Of a stretch of DNA of 64,000 nt, positions 1 through 10,768 are shown piece after piece; position 1 is the first letter of the stretch; every line of letters starts with the position of its first letter. Position numbers and translations under genes: made by a program. This DNA is from Nitrospirota bacterium (GTDB lineage Bacteria > Nitrospirota > UBA9217), in the NCBI GenBank assembly GCA_963754875.1, contig CAVWHO010000010.1, forward strand, positions 273,327 to 337,326, in the 5' to 3' direction. Under the pieces are notes generated by a model, which saw only the letters and a program-made list of their open reading frames with translations, ran no database searches and was not told where the DNA came from.

Positions 1-1419
1 CTTCGCCTGCTGGTACTGGCCGTCTACGACAAGGACCTGAACATAGTTAGCCGTGCCGGCCTGGTAATTCGCTTGAATCATTCGCAGCGCTTCCTCCGCC
101 GCACTCTGCGCACGTGACTGGGCATACACTAATTCTGCGTCATGTTCCAGCGCTCGCAGGGTATCTGCAACCTGGGCAAAGGCGCTGAGAACGGTCTGCC
201 GGTAATTTGCCGCAGAGAGCTGATAGGCATCGAGTGCGGACTGTCGTCCGAACCACAACGTTCCGCCGCGGAACAGAGGGGCGCTGACGTTTGCACCGAG
301 GTCCCAGAAACTGCTGTTCCCCTTAAAGAGGTTGCTCGGAGTATTGCTTCCGACGCCGTAGGAGCCGTTCAACGTAAAGCTGGGGAATAATGCCGCAGTG
401 GCAACTCCGATTTCAGCGCTGGCACTGTGGAGCTGTGCCTCAGCCGCAAGAATATCGGGACGCTGGCGAACGAACTTCGAGGGAAGGGATATCGGCAGCT
501 CCGCAGGCAGCGTCAGGTCCGCCAATGCGATCTGCTGAGGAGTCCACTCCGCCGGCATGCGGCCTACCAGGGTTGCAAGCAAGTGCTCGGTCTGGCTTAT
601 TTTCTGCCGGAGCGGGGGAAGCGTTGCTTCAAGAGAAGCAAGCTGGCTCTGGAGACTAAGTACGTTCACGTACGGGACCGTACCCGCCCGGGCCTGCGCC
701 TCGGTAAGTTTTACCTGCTCCCGTTGCAGATCTAGCAGGTGCTCCGTGGCATTGATCTGTTCCTGGTAGCCCGCCTCCGCTATCATCGCGTTCACCACGT
801 TGCCGGACAGGGTTATATAGGTGGCCGAAATCACTGCTTGCTGAAAATCCACCTGGGCGCCGAGACTTTCTACGGCGCGGCGTTCTCCCCCGAAAATGTC
901 GAGAGCATAGCTGACCGTAGCCGAAAGGGTGAACAGGTTAAAGATGGAGCTGGGACTCGCTCCTCCCGTGAGGGCCGGAGAGGTTTTTTGGCGAGAAGCT
1001 TCCAAGCCGGCATTCAATTGGGGATAAAACACACCATAGCCTGCGCGGAGGATGTCCTGGCTTTGGCGCAGACTGGCCTGCGCAGCCTGCAGGTTCTGGT
1101 TATTCGCGATGGCTTCTTTTACCATTGCGTCGAGCTTGGGAGAATTAAACAGCCGCCACCAGTCCGCAGCTATCTCGGCACCCTGTGTAAAGCGCTGCGC
1201 CTTGCCATCCACAGGTATCGTTGCGGTCGGCGTTGCCCCCGTGGTGTAGCCCTCAATCGACGGCGGTTTGGGACGCTCGAAATTCGGCCCCACAGCGCAG
1301 CCGAGCATGAAGCACAGCGATACGGCGCAGATCCACTTGCGTGCCGGCATTACTGCTGTCATGCTGTTGATCTTTGCTGTTTTCGAGCTGCCTGTCGGCT
1401 TTTGTTGATATAATGGCAT
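1..1419 (-). CDS. Efflux outer-membrane lipoprotein (NodT/TolC family), 3' end outside window
   Basis: Reverse-strand reading from ATG 1419 (alternatives 1362/1350) gives ...CFMLGCAVGPNFERP, a typical NodT lipobox; lies directly downstream of the HlyD adaptor. Absent from the ORF track because it runs off the window. Confidence 0.85.
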   Translation of the reverse strand, partial: MPLYQQKPTGSSKTAKINSMTAVMPARKWICAVSLCFMLGCAVGPNFERPKPPSIEGYTTGATPTATIPVDGKAQRFTQGAEIAADWWRLFNSPKLDAMVKEAIANNQNLQAAQASLRQSQDILRAGYGVFYPQLNAGLEASRQKTSPALTGGASPSSIFNLFTLSATVSYALDIFGGERRAVESLGAQVDFQQAVISATYITLSGNVVNAMIAEAGYQEQINATEHLLDLQREQVKLTEAQARAGTVPYVNVLSLQSQLASLEATLPPLRQKISQTEHLLATLVGRMPAEWTPQQIALADLTLPAELPISLPSKFVRQRPDILAAEAQLHSASAEIGVATAALFPSFTLNGSYGVGSNTPSNLFKGNSSFWDLGANVSAPLFRGGTLWFGRQSALDAYQLSAANYRQTVLSAFAQVADTLRALEHDAELVYAQSRAQSAAEEALRMIQANYQAGTANYVQVLVVDGQYQQAK

Positions 1420-1447
1420 TGACTTATCTCTGAAAATGTTTTCGCGG

Positions 1448-2410
1448 TCACTGCTGAGTGCCGGTACTTCTTGTTTTCTGGCCCGTTTCTCCGATGTAAA
1501 CATCTACCAGTTGACCGGGATAGATATCAATATTTTTCGGCCTCTCAAACCTGAATATGACCGGCAATACTCGCACGTCGACCCTTTCAGCCCTTTGGTT
1601 CGATAACTCAATTTTGGGCGACACGTAGGGCTGTAGCCGGACATATTCCAGAGGAATGCTGATATCGGTGCCTCTGATGTGCATCGTTGCATTCATGTGC
1701 GACGTTTCGGGCAATCTATGTATAAGGATTTCGTCGATGTAACATCTGACCCCGACATATGCTTGCGATCCACCCATGACCAGAACAGGGCAGAATCCCT
1801 GCGTATAGGTGTCATAAGTGCCTTGCGCCGATATGTAGCTGCCGACTGCAGTATTGATCGACAGGATGGTGCCGTCCGCCGGCGCCCTGATGGTATACTT
1901 GGACAGCAATGTTTGCGCGAGTTCATGCTGCTTCCGCATTACTTCCACGTTTGCCCTTGCCACGTTCACGGCGTTTTGCGCGTTGTCCAGGTCGTTCTTG
2001 CTCACGGACCTCGAATCGATGTCGTATGATTGTCTTTGTTTGTCCAATTGATCCTGAGCGCTCTTGAGGCTTGCGCTCGCGAGCTCCACCTGGGCCATCT
2101 GCTGCTCGCACGTCGCCCTCTGAACCGAATCATCGATCAGGATCAGCGTGGCCCCCTTTTTGACGGCTTTCCCCTCGCTCACGAGGATGTGCGCGATCGT
2201 GCCTGGGACCTCAGGATAAATATTGATGTTCGCGCCGCTTGTTTGAAAGCTTTCAACGATCCCTTCGGCATAGATGCCGTTTGCATAGGGATTGGAAGCC
2301 GGCTTAAACGCAGGGGGCTGGGGCTTTTTCTCAATGCCGAATATATATGCGCTCACCAGGCCGATTACCAGCCCGACAAATGCGAGAATGAATATAATCT
2401 TATTCCTCAC
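1448..2410 (-). CDS. HlyD-family periplasmic adaptor subunit
   Basis: N-terminal TM, lipoyl-like halves (VPGTIAHILVSEG / IRAPADGTIL), coiled coil, C-terminal PGQLVDVYI. Confidence 0.9.
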   Translation of the reverse strand: MRNKIIFILAFVGLVIGLVSAYIFGIEKKPQPPAFKPASNPYANGIYAEGIVESFQTSGANINIYPEVPGTIAHILVSEGKAVKKGATLILIDDSVQRATCEQQMAQVELASASLKSAQDQLDKQRQSYDIDSRSVSKNDLDNAQNAVNVARANVEVMRKQHELAQTLLSKYTIRAPADGTILSINTAVGSYISAQGTYDTYTQGFCPVLVMGGSQAYVGVRCYIDEILIHRLPETSHMNATMHIRGTDISIPLEYVRLQPYVSPKIELSNQRAERVDVRVLPVIFRFERPKNIDIYPGQLVDVYIGETGQKTRSTGTQQ

Positions 2411-3104
2411 GTGCTTCTCCTTTTTCGATGCCGATGACCTTCCCGTCCTCCATTTTCATTATCCTGTCCGCGTATTCGAATATCCTGCTGTCGTGAGTAA
2501 CGATGATGATGCATCGCTTCTCGTTCAGGATGTTTCTCCTGATGAAATCCACAATCTTTCTCCCGGTGTCCCCGTCCAGAGAAGCGGTCGGCTCGTCGAA
2601 TATCATGATATCGGGACTGCTGGCGATGGCCCTTGCAATAGCCACCCGTTGCTGCTCCCCGCCGGAGAGTTTGACCGGCGGGAGAGGCGCGCGACTCTTT
2701 ATCCCCACGATGTCAAGACACTCCATGGCCTCATCCAAGGCTTTATTCCAGTCATGCCTTTTCAGAATAAGAGGGATGGCGACGTTTTCAACTGTTGTCA
2801 GCCTGGGGAAAAGGTGGTAATCCTGAAACACGAATCCAACCGTGTTTAATCTGAAATCAGCGAGCTCGTTGCTTGTCATGTTCCAGATATCCTTGTCCTC
2901 GACCTGCACCGAGCCCGAATTCGGCCTGAGAATTCCCGAGATAAGGCTTAACAAGGTTGTTTTACCGCTCCCAGAGGGGCCCTCAATATAAAACATTTCC
3001 CCAAGGTTAGCCTCGAAACTGATGTTGTTGACGGCAACTGTTTTTGTTTCTCCTTCTCCGAACCATTTGACCAGTTCGTAGGCCTTTACCGCAACTGTAG
3101 CCAT
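2400..3104 (-). CDS. ABC transporter ATP-binding protein (LolD/MacB-like)
   Basis: Walker A GPSGSGKT, signature LSGGEQQRVAIARA, DEPT, VTHD. Confidence 0.95.
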   Translation of the reverse strand: MATVAVKAYELVKWFGEGETKTVAVNNISFEANLGEMFYIEGPSGSGKTTLLSLISGILRPNSGSVQVEDKDIWNMTSNELADFRLNTVGFVFQDYHLFPRLTTVENVAIPLILKRHDWNKALDEAMECLDIVGIKSRAPLPPVKLSGGEQQRVAIARAIASSPDIMIFDEPTASLDGDTGRKIVDFIRRNILNEKRCIIIVTHDSRIFEYADRIMKMEDGKVIGIEKGEAREE

Positions 3105-3105
3105 A

Positions 3106-4242
3106 TTATCCTCTGAAAATGTCGAACGGCTCTATTTTGAGCACTTTTCTGACGCCGATATAACTTGAAATGCCGGCAATGATCAAAACCATGCCAAAGG
3201 CGAAGCCGAGATTCCAGTAGGTTATTCTGGCTGCGTAAGTGGCCAGTCTGAGTCTTGCGGACAGGATCATGAGGGCGGCGAGACCGACACCCAGGCCATA
3301 GCCTGTAAGCGCCGCAAATGTCGCCTGGAACAGGATCATATAGACCAGTTCCTTCCCTTTTATACCGATCGCTTTTAATGCGCCGAATTTTTCCAGGTTC
3401 TCCAGGATGAAGGTGTAAAACGTCTGGCCTGAAATAGAGAGGCCGACAATAAAACTTACCACCGTCATGATGAGCACATTCATGCCCATGCCCGTCTGGT
3501 ATTTGTAAAAATTGGAAGTTTTCTGGATAAATTCCTCTTTCGTCAGCGCCACATATCCGAGCTTCCCTACCTGCTGCTTGATATACGGCACCGCGCCGCT
3601 GTTCTTGGGATCGATGAGAATATATGCTGCGGTGAATCTCATGGAAGGTATATAGGTGGTGGCTCTCCGATATGTGGTGTAGAGGGTCGGCACTCCAAAC
3701 AAACCGCTGGACACGACTTTTGCAATACCGACGATGACTCCCCGGTGATCGTTTATTTCAAATTCGGTTCCGACCTTTGGATTTTCGAGTTTGTAAAATT
3801 CCGCATCCTTAACTACGATAAAAGCATTTTCTGCATAGATATCATCAATCTCCCCCTCGATGAGCTCGGGCCTGCCGTACAGGCTGGAATCATCCAAGCC
3901 GAGGACCGTCACCGCCTGATACGCTCCGCTGCGTAGCTTCACGAGCGCCATGCCGTAATAGAGGGGTACTGCGTATTTGACACCATTAATGCTCCGTACC
4001 GCAGACAATACATAATCCGGCATGGGGATGCTGTTCGCCGGGGTATTGACCGCTGGGTCCATCACCCAGAGCTGGGCACCTACATTGAGGACAGTGGCGG
4101 ATGACCGGTGCAGCATACCGGCGAACATCGAGGTCATCTGGATCATCAAAAAGACCGCGAAGGTAATGCCGACGAGCAAGGCGGCGAATTTACCTTTGTC
4201 ATTCACCAGCAGCTTATAAGCGATTTTGAGGATCCCTTTCAC
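3106..4242 (-). CDS. ABC transporter permease (MacB/FtsX, DevC-like)
   Basis: One N-terminal TM, periplasmic domain, three C-terminal TMs, FGALKAIG motif; start trimmed to GTG 4242 behind GGAG. Confidence 0.9.
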   Translation of the reverse strand: MKGILKIAYKLLVNDKGKFAALLVGITFAVFLMIQMTSMFAGMLHRSSATVLNVGAQLWVMDPAVNTPANSIPMPDYVLSAVRSINGVKYAVPLYYGMALVKLRSGAYQAVTVLGLDDSSLYGRPELIEGEIDDIYAENAFIVVKDAEFYKLENPKVGTEFEINDHRGVIVGIAKVVSSGLFGVPTLYTTYRRATTYIPSMRFTAAYILIDPKNSGAVPYIKQQVGKLGYVALTKEEFIQKTSNFYKYQTGMGMNVLIMTVVSFIVGLSISGQTFYTFILENLEKFGALKAIGIKGKELVYMILFQATFAALTGYGLGVGLAALMILSARLRLATYAARITYWNLGFAFGMVLIIAGISSYIGVRKVLKIEPFDIFRG

Positions 4243-4626
4243 AGCTGTTCTCCATTTACTGCAGCGCAGCGACGTGAGCGGAGGCGATGGTCTGTTATGA
4301 GAAGACTCTCTAACAAATCTTAGCACACCATTCGTTTTTTTGTTTGAACTTGATGCGTAACTCGTCTTTTGCATTCTTTTCCGGTCGCAAAGTCGGTATA
4401 GTTGCATAAAAAAACGACATCAATTTGATATTCTTAGGCGACATTATCGATTTGTTGTTCATCGTAGATCAACCTGAGAAAAGTTGTCTCTAACTGCGAC
4501 TTAATGTAGGGTAACAATTAAACCTTTAGTGAAATCCAGTGTCACAATTGCATCGGACGATCGAAAAACAGACAGCAGTTTCGCGCCGCAGTAATAATCG
4601 TTACCTACGGGAAAGGAGAAGTAAAA

Positions 4627-5184
4627 ATGAAGAATTTGAGCAAATCGCAAAAGTACGGTCTTTCTATTATTGTTGTCCTGGTGAGCTTGACGTTGTTGGC
4701 TTCAATACAGGCTTTCGCATTCGAGGCACAGAAGCCTGGTGATGGTGGCAGGGACGCAGACCATCCCCGCTGTTGTGATCGGGCCATGTCATGCCATGGG
4801 GCCGGAAAATGGCAAGCGGGAATGCACCATCATAAGCAGCATCGCATATGGTCTGCTCTTAAGAAACTCGATCTCACAGATGGCCAAAAATCTGCGTTTC
4901 AGGAGATCAGGATGTCAATGAAGAAGGACATGATTAGAAAACGCGCAGATCTCAAAATCGCACAAATGGAACTTCACGAACAGCTCCACAAGGACACCGT
5001 GGACATGAATGTTGTCGAATCGCAGGTTAAAAAAATCGAGGGTTTAAAAGCCGCGATGATACTTAATGCAATAAAGTCACGGGAAGAAATTAAATCTAAG
5101 TTGACGCCTGACCAGCGGAAACATTTAGTTGATCTCATACAAGATTCACACCAATCTCCTGATCGCCTTCACCAGGAAGGGTAG
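4627..5184 (+). CDS. Spy/CpxP-family periplasmic chaperone with His/Met/Cys-rich linker
   Basis: Signal peptide; two LTxxQ motifs (LDLTDGQK, LTPDQRK); GGAG RBS. Confidence 0.85.
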   Translation: MKNLSKSQKYGLSIIVVLVSLTLLASIQAFAFEAQKPGDGGRDADHPRCCDRAMSCHGAGKWQAGMHHHKQHRIWSALKKLDLTDGQKSAFQEIRMSMKKDMIRKRADLKIAQMELHEQLHKDTVDMNVVESQVKKIEGLKAAMILNAIKSREEIKSKLTPDQRKHLVDLIQDSHQSPDRLHQEG

Positions 5185-5218
5185 ACCGGAATTTATCAAG
5201 CTGAGAAGCAGGCATCTA

Positions 5219-5267
5219 TTGGGCACGAGTCTCTGCTCTTGCATGAGAATCGTGCCCAACTTTTTTT
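5219..5267 (+). terminator. Rho-independent terminator
   Basis: TTGGGCACGA...TCGTGCCCAA stem followed by T7, just after the Spy/CpxP gene. Confidence 0.7.
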
Positions 5268-5784
5268 AAGTCCTTTCGCTGCATCCCTGTCAGGTTATTT
5301 TGCTACAATTACAGTACTATCGCTAAATCGTTCCTGTTGAACAGCATCATCATCGCGCTCCCGCGTCAATTCAGCCCCAAAATCCAACTCTCTATTGATA
5401 CAGTAATCAGCTGCAGGTCAATTTTCAAGCAGATAGAATCAACTCTTGCCGCATCATTCTTCTAAAGAGAATCATTCCAGTGCGTTGTAGTCAATTCTCG
5501 GATGACAGTATGTCGAATCACTGATTGTCGGACGTTGACGCTAATAGCAAAATGGGTTAAGATGAAACGTTGCAGAAGCCCAAAGGAGAACAATGCAAAA
5601 TTGAAGCCCTCATTAAATAATTCATCCAGAAACGGTAATTGCAGTGCAGCAAACTAACGCAAGGCAGAGAGATTTCTATACGGTGGTTAGTATCGGACTG
5701 TCGAGCGCCATTTGAGTAGAATTATTGCAATGCAGAACGTCTCTTATATGTGATTTACGTTGACAGAGGAAAGAAAGGCATGAC

Positions 5785-6186
5785 ATGAATTGGAAAAACA
5801 CAAAGCTTCAGAGATACTTATACTTCACCAGTGCAGTCATTCTGCTTGCCGGTTTGGGCAGTGCCATCATGATTTATCGGGCAGCTGTGAATGACCCGGA
5901 CGGCAAATCGGGTTATGAAATCGTCGGTGGATTTGTATATTCGTCTACGGGTGAAAATACCAAGAAGTACGTACATGATTTGCAAGTCTATGGCGGAAAT
6001 GCAGCTGTGCTTTTAGACGAGTTCACGCGCTGGTTTGATGGATTATGGCGAGGTGAATCACTCGCGTTCACCGTTGCCTGGATGACAATTATTCTCTCTC
6101 TCGGGATTTTTTTGATTGCTAAGAAATTGCCAATCCTCTGGCATTCCAGCGCCCACAGTGAAAACACGGAGGATGGGACCAAGTGA
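5785..6186 (+). CDS. Hypothetical membrane protein (2 TM)
   Basis: 133 aa with two hydrophobic segments and a purine-rich upstream region. Confidence 0.7.
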   Translation: MNWKNTKLQRYLYFTSAVILLAGLGSAIMIYRAAVNDPDGKSGYEIVGGFVYSSTGENTKKYVHDLQVYGGNAAVLLDEFTRWFDGLWRGESLAFTVAWMTIILSLGIFLIAKKLPILWHSSAHSENTEDGTK

Positions 6187-6211
6187 AGTAGACAGACCGG
6201 GCCGCAACCGG

Positions 6212-6700
6212 CTAAAACTTGTCCGCTTCAGCCTCCAGCACGGCAACAGGGATCAAGTATTTTCCGTTCTCCATCCTGCCTTCTATCTTTATGGGAAAAC
6301 AACTTCCCAGACCCTTTTTGAGATTATACACGGAAAACTTCATATCGCAGTGCCGGCACACGATGGAGCCATCGTCACAGCGATACCCCTGCTTGTGCGA
6401 ATAGCAGCTTGCGCAGGCGTCGAGGAACGAGTTGACTCTGCCCTGGATATTGAGCACAAAGTAATTGATGTTTTTACCCTGGAAGTGATAGGTGTAGAAT
6501 GTAGGGACTCCGGGCTCAAGATTCGTTGTATCGATGATGATGTTCTGACCCTTTTGTGCGGCGGGGGGATAAGATGGGGAGCGCGTGCAGGAAACGGCAA
6601 CCAGAATGATACCTGCAATCGTCAGCAGGGTCGAGAACGACATCACACGCAACAAAACGCCTGCGGTTCTGTACCTGAGTGGTAAGTCACAAGTTGTCAT
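6212..6700 (-). CDS. DUF2318-type membrane-anchored Fe-S/metal-binding protein
   Basis: DACASC...GY...IVCRHC...GSCFP Cys pattern. Confidence 0.8.
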   Translation of the reverse strand: MTTCDLPLRYRTAGVLLRVMSFSTLLTIAGIILVAVSCTRSPSYPPAAQKGQNIIIDTTNLEPGVPTFYTYHFQGKNINYFVLNIQGRVNSFLDACASCYSHKQGYRCDDGSIVCRHCDMKFSVYNLKKGLGSCFPIKIEGRMENGKYLIPVAVLEAEADKF

Positions 6701-6706
6701 ATGTTT

Positions 6707-6736
6707 ATGATAAATTCTTTAATATATCTCTGTCAA
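6707..6736 (-). promoter_or_regulatory. sigma70-type promoter, probably giving a leaderless transcript
   Basis: TTGACA-18-TATCAT, then 6 nt, then ATG 6700. Confidence 0.55.
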
Positions 6737-6865
6737 GATCATTTGACGGAAGGCTGCAACCAATCCGGTCTGGAGGGAATAATTCCGTCCGACCGGCATG
6801 TACGCCCCGTTGGCGCTTCACGAAAGAATGACGGAAACAGTTTGAGAGCTTATATCTTCACGGTC

Positions 6866-7876
6866 TTAATAGTATCCTTTCAGCGTAAAACTCAAGAACA
6901 GGATAGGCCAGGTAACAATAAGTGTAAACAGAATGATCAGCACGATTGACAGAACTGCCCATTTTTTCTGGGCCGTTAGAATGATGTCATGCAGTGATGG
7001 TATGTTTTTAAACGGCTCAACCAGGCCGGTACTGATTCCGAAGAATACGCCTCCGAAGAGCGTGATGTATAACGGATAACCAATAAAGTGATATCCTGAC
7101 TGCAGAATGTCAAAAGGGCAATGGTGGGTCGGTATCTCATAAAAATAGAGAGAAATAAATGAAATAATTGCTGTAATAGATACGATGAAAAGCGAGAACG
7201 ACACTACCGGAAAGACATACCGCAATATCCTGTTGTGATACCGTAATGTCAATGCGGCATTTACCAAGAAAAGAATAATTGTGCTGTAAAACAGAGCCAT
7301 AACCGGTTTGATGGGGAGGGAGGAAAGACCGCCTGCTACGCCGCTCCCGTTCTCGCTGAACAGAGCCCCACAGCAGGATGTTATGATATCAGGCTGCAGC
7401 CCCCTGAAATATTTCAGCTGAAAATACGCGTCGAGGAGGACGATGGGTGCTATAGGCAAAACCATCGCGTACTTGATTTTGACGAGCGGGTAGTCATCGG
7501 CTTTCTGATCGATGTAATTAATCGCAATCCAGATCGCTGAGGAAAATAAGATGATGATTTTTGTAAAGAGCACGTACCAACCGACAGGGTTAGCATTGAG
7601 AGAACCCGTCGCGCACATCGCGCCGATGAATAGACGGTGAATGTCGTCAACGGTATAGACGAAGAGGAGAGAAGAGAAAATTTCGAAGCCGAAGACATAA
7701 TTCATAATGGTTGAAATCAGGTATGTTTTCCTTTCAAGGGCGAGCTGTGCAGAGGAACTGCTGCTGATGTTCCACTTTGTTATGATCAATACCCCGAGAA
7801 AGGAAGCATAGATCATCATCGATGCGACAATAAACGAGCCCGCAATTAGGGAAAGGATTCCTGGGTGAAGTATCAC
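6866..7876 (-). CDS. Polytopic membrane protein with Cys/His motifs
   Basis: About 8 TM segments; GAMCATG, TSCCG and THHCPF motifs; overlaps the ABC ATPase stop. Confidence 0.8.
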   Translation of the reverse strand: MILHPGILSLIAGSFIVASMMIYASFLGVLIITKWNISSSSSAQLALERKTYLISTIMNYVFGFEIFSSLLFVYTVDDIHRLFIGAMCATGSLNANPVGWYVLFTKIIILFSSAIWIAINYIDQKADDYPLVKIKYAMVLPIAPIVLLDAYFQLKYFRGLQPDIITSCCGALFSENGSGVAGGLSSLPIKPVMALFYSTIILFLVNAALTLRYHNRILRYVFPVVSFSLFIVSITAIISFISLYFYEIPTHHCPFDILQSGYHFIGYPLYITLFGGVFFGISTGLVEPFKNIPSLHDIILTAQKKWAVLSIVLIILFTLIVTWPILFLSFTLKGYY

Positions 7877-8559
7877 TGCACAACCACCTCTTTTACGATG
7901 CCGTCCCTCATCTCCACAATCTTATTGATAAACGTCTTTTCATAGACGATAGGATCATGAGAAGCAATAATGATCGTTTTGCCCTCCCGGTTTAATTGCA
8001 GCATGATATGGATAAGGGTTTCAGAAAGCTTCGTGTCAAGATGCGCTGTCGGTTCATCGGCAAGGATGGCTTCCGGGTCGTTAATTAAAGCTCTGGCGAT
8101 CGCGACGCGCTGCTGTTCTCCGCCGGAAAGCCGCTGAATTTTGAAGTCTTTTTTATGAAGGATATTCAACTTGTCGAGAAGGCCTTCCGCACGTTTACTT
8201 ATATCGGAGATCGACCTCTCTGTTGGATAGAGCGGTAGCATTACATTTTCAAGGACGGTTACGCCCTTGATAAGGTTGAATTGCTGAAATATAAAACCGA
8301 ACTCTTTGCGGCGTATCTTTGTAAGAAATCGTTCGGGAAGTTTTGCAACATCCCTGCCATTGATAATAATCCCACCCTCTGTGGGGCGTGACATGCACCC
8401 CAGAAGGCTTAAGAGGGATGTCTTGCCAGATCCACTCGGCCCCTTTAGCACAACGATTTCGCCTTTATTGATTTCTATTGAAATATCCGATATCGCCTTT
8501 ATCTCGTCCGGCATCCCCGGATTGTACACTTTCATGACGTGCTCGGTCTTAATCAGCAT
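7873..8559 (-). CDS. ABC transporter ATP-binding protein (LolD-like)
   Basis: GPSGSGKT, LSGGEQQRVAIARAL, DEPT. Confidence 0.95.
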   Translation of the reverse strand: MLIKTEHVMKVYNPGMPDEIKAISDISIEINKGEIVVLKGPSGSGKTSLLSLLGCMSRPTEGGIIINGRDVAKLPERFLTKIRRKEFGFIFQQFNLIKGVTVLENVMLPLYPTERSISDISKRAEGLLDKLNILHKKDFKIQRLSGGEQQRVAIARALINDPEAILADEPTAHLDTKLSETLIHIMLQLNREGKTIIIASHDPIVYEKTFINKIVEMRDGIVKEVVVQ

Positions 8560-8660
8560 AGCAACGAGACCTCTTTTGTGATATGGCTATGGTTCCTCGA
8601 TCTCTTATTCATCTATACTATACCTTCGTTGATACAGGCCTTCAGGGTCCTCGCAGCGTT

Positions 8661-9818
8661 TCAACCCCTCATGACAACGTCCGGATCGGTGATGGCTGAT
8701 TTCCAGGAGGGAATAATCGTACTCGCAACATAGGGGACGACGGTCAGAAAAAACAGTGTGAACACCTGATACATGTCGAGGTACGGGATCAACCTGAACG
8801 AGGGGAATAGTACCGACCAGCCTTTCAACGCAGGCGCCAGAAGAAATGCACCAAGATAGAAAACGTGAACATACGCTACGAGCAAACCCGTCAAAAATGA
8901 TGCCAGCGAGAGGATGATGCCTTCCCAGAATTTTAATTCGAGAATATCCGATGTTTCCCATCCGAGGGCCTTCAGAATTCCTATCTCCTGTTTTTCTTCT
9001 GCGCTGAGCCCCGTTGCTTTATCCCACGCGAGAATGCAGAAGGCTATGATCGACCCAAAGAACATCGTAAGAACCATTCCGCTCCTCCAATTGAATACAG
9101 TGTCATATGTCCTGATAATTTCACTTTTCATGATAGGGCGTGTGTCGGGCAGCATTTGCTTGATTTTGCGGGAGATGGTAGCCGTTTCCGATGTATTATT
9201 AATCTGCACCACGATATCTGTTGCTGCGTTCGATGGCATTCCAAAGAGGCGCACGATATCCTCTTTTCTGATAAGAATAAGGTCATTGGTGAGCATATTC
9301 GACTCGGACGTGAATACACCGACTATCTGGAAGATTCTCCACGTGCCGTCGTTATTGGTGAGAACGATATCTCCCCCTATATCCGACAACTTCATATCGG
9401 CAACGCCTCTTCCTACGGTGCATTCCCCGTTGTGCAAAGGCATTCGCCCGTTCAGTAAGGTGAGTCCGTCAATATGGTTGTCAATGCCGATTATCGTATA
9501 ATTTCCCCGCGTGATAGTGTCATAATAATAGCCCCAATATCTCGGGACAATCCCGCGGATACCCGGAATATCTTTGATCCGGCGTATATACTCGGTCGGG
9601 ATGAGGTCGTGCCTTCCCCCTGATACTTTTTGAATGATTAACTCCGGCGTCCCGTCGAGAACATGGAAAGCCTCTGTTTTGAAGGCTTGTGTAAGGAAAA
9701 GGATGGAAGCAATAACCGAAACAACGAGGCTGAAGATTACCACCAGCGAGAGGTTTTTGTATCTTCTCCTGAGGAGAGAGGACAGGGTGTATTCGAGTAT
9801 TTTGCTATGCCGTCCCAT
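8661..9818 (-). CDS. ABC transporter permease (FtsX/LolE-like)
   Basis: MacB-type topology; EIGILKALGW motif. Confidence 0.9.
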   Translation of the reverse strand: MGRHSKILEYTLSSLLRRRYKNLSLVVIFSLVVSVIASILFLTQAFKTEAFHVLDGTPELIIQKVSGGRHDLIPTEYIRRIKDIPGIRGIVPRYWGYYYDTITRGNYTIIGIDNHIDGLTLLNGRMPLHNGECTVGRGVADMKLSDIGGDIVLTNNDGTWRIFQIVGVFTSESNMLTNDLILIRKEDIVRLFGMPSNAATDIVVQINNTSETATISRKIKQMLPDTRPIMKSEIIRTYDTVFNWRSGMVLTMFFGSIIAFCILAWDKATGLSAEEKQEIGILKALGWETSDILELKFWEGIILSLASFLTGLLVAYVHVFYLGAFLLAPALKGWSVLFPSFRLIPYLDMYQVFTLFFLTVVPYVASTIIPSWKSAITDPDVVMRG

Positions 9819-9909
9819 GATTTTATTCTTTCTCTATGGATCAATTTACGTCCAGGGCCGAAAGATTGATATTGTCAAACCATCCCGGACTGAAACGTCG
9901 CCTTTGCCG

Positions 9910-10230
9910 TCATCGATGGACTTTATTGCCTGCGCGGATCTCCGTCCGTTCATTCAGGTTTCCCGGAGCAATAATAGAGCCAGCTGGAAAGTGGTCAATC
10001 GAGGAAGGGAAGTCTTGAAACGGTGAAAACAAGTCAGCCTGTGAAGGGTTCCTCGTATAGCGAGCTTCGGTCCAGACGGAAAAGTCCGTCAGCATGAGCT
10101 TCTTTACGATATCCTGCTTTGCCCGCACTTCCTCCTGTCTCGATCTTATGGTTGCCCGGCCCGAAACATACAAAAGCAAAAGTACAGCGATTTCCGCAAT
10201 AATAAAGCTTATGAATACTTTGTGTTTCAT
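9910..10230 (-). CDS. Hypothetical membrane-anchored protein
   Basis: N-terminal TM; TEARYTRNPS...DHFPAGS; GAGG RBS; co-oriented in the cluster. Confidence 0.75.
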   Translation of the reverse strand: MKHKVFISFIIAEIAVLLLLYVSGRATIRSRQEEVRAKQDIVKKLMLTDFSVWTEARYTRNPSQADLFSPFQDFPSSIDHFPAGSIIAPGNLNERTEIRAGNKVHR

Positions 10231-10282
10231 AACCTCAAACGTCCTGCATGATCCCGGCCCAGCGACCGTTTGCTGAAGAGCA

Positions 10283-10756
10283 TTAGGGGATGTCCAGAGC
10301 GGTGATTTCGTTAAATTGAAGCATTTTCTTTCCTCCGTGATCGCGCATGAAGGTCAGCGCCTCGCGTTTGCCTTTTACAGGGACGAGTTCTTTTCCCATC
10401 GGCCCCATCACATCGCTGCCCCGTATGAAGTAAACATCCTTTGCATCCATCATGTTCGTCGTATAATACTCGGTAATGTATGTCCCCGATATGTCTTTGA
10501 CAGTTTTAGTATTGTTGTATCGAGATATATTGAAATAGTATTTGAGCAGATCCTTCGGACCGTCAAACACTGCATAGGTCCCGTCCTGAAACACAATTTC
10601 CGCGGTCCATGACGGATACAGTGAAACGAACATCCCGCATACAGGGCACTTGTCTCCGGGTTTCGGCTTTATAGGCTCTCCTGCATACGATAAACCGGAA
10701 ATCAGAACCGGACTCATAAGGACGAAAAACCATAACAAAAAGTTCCTCTGGGCCAA
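10283..10756 (-). CDS. NosL-family copper chaperone-like protein
   Basis: Signal peptide; CPVCGM, FDGPKDL, GSDVMGPMG, F..DHGG. Confidence 0.88.
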   Translation of the reverse strand: MAQRNFLLWFFVLMSPVLISGLSYAGEPIKPKPGDKCPVCGMFVSLYPSWTAEIVFQDGTYAVFDGPKDLLKYYFNISRYNNTKTVKDISGTYITEYYTTNMMDAKDVYFIRGSDVMGPMGKELVPVKGKREALTFMRDHGGKKMLQFNEITALDIP

Positions 10757-10768
10757 TGGAGTGCTCCT

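Noticed and set aside
5270..5780. Possible gene remnant in a long intergenic region
   Set aside because: No recognisable protein motif could be supported.
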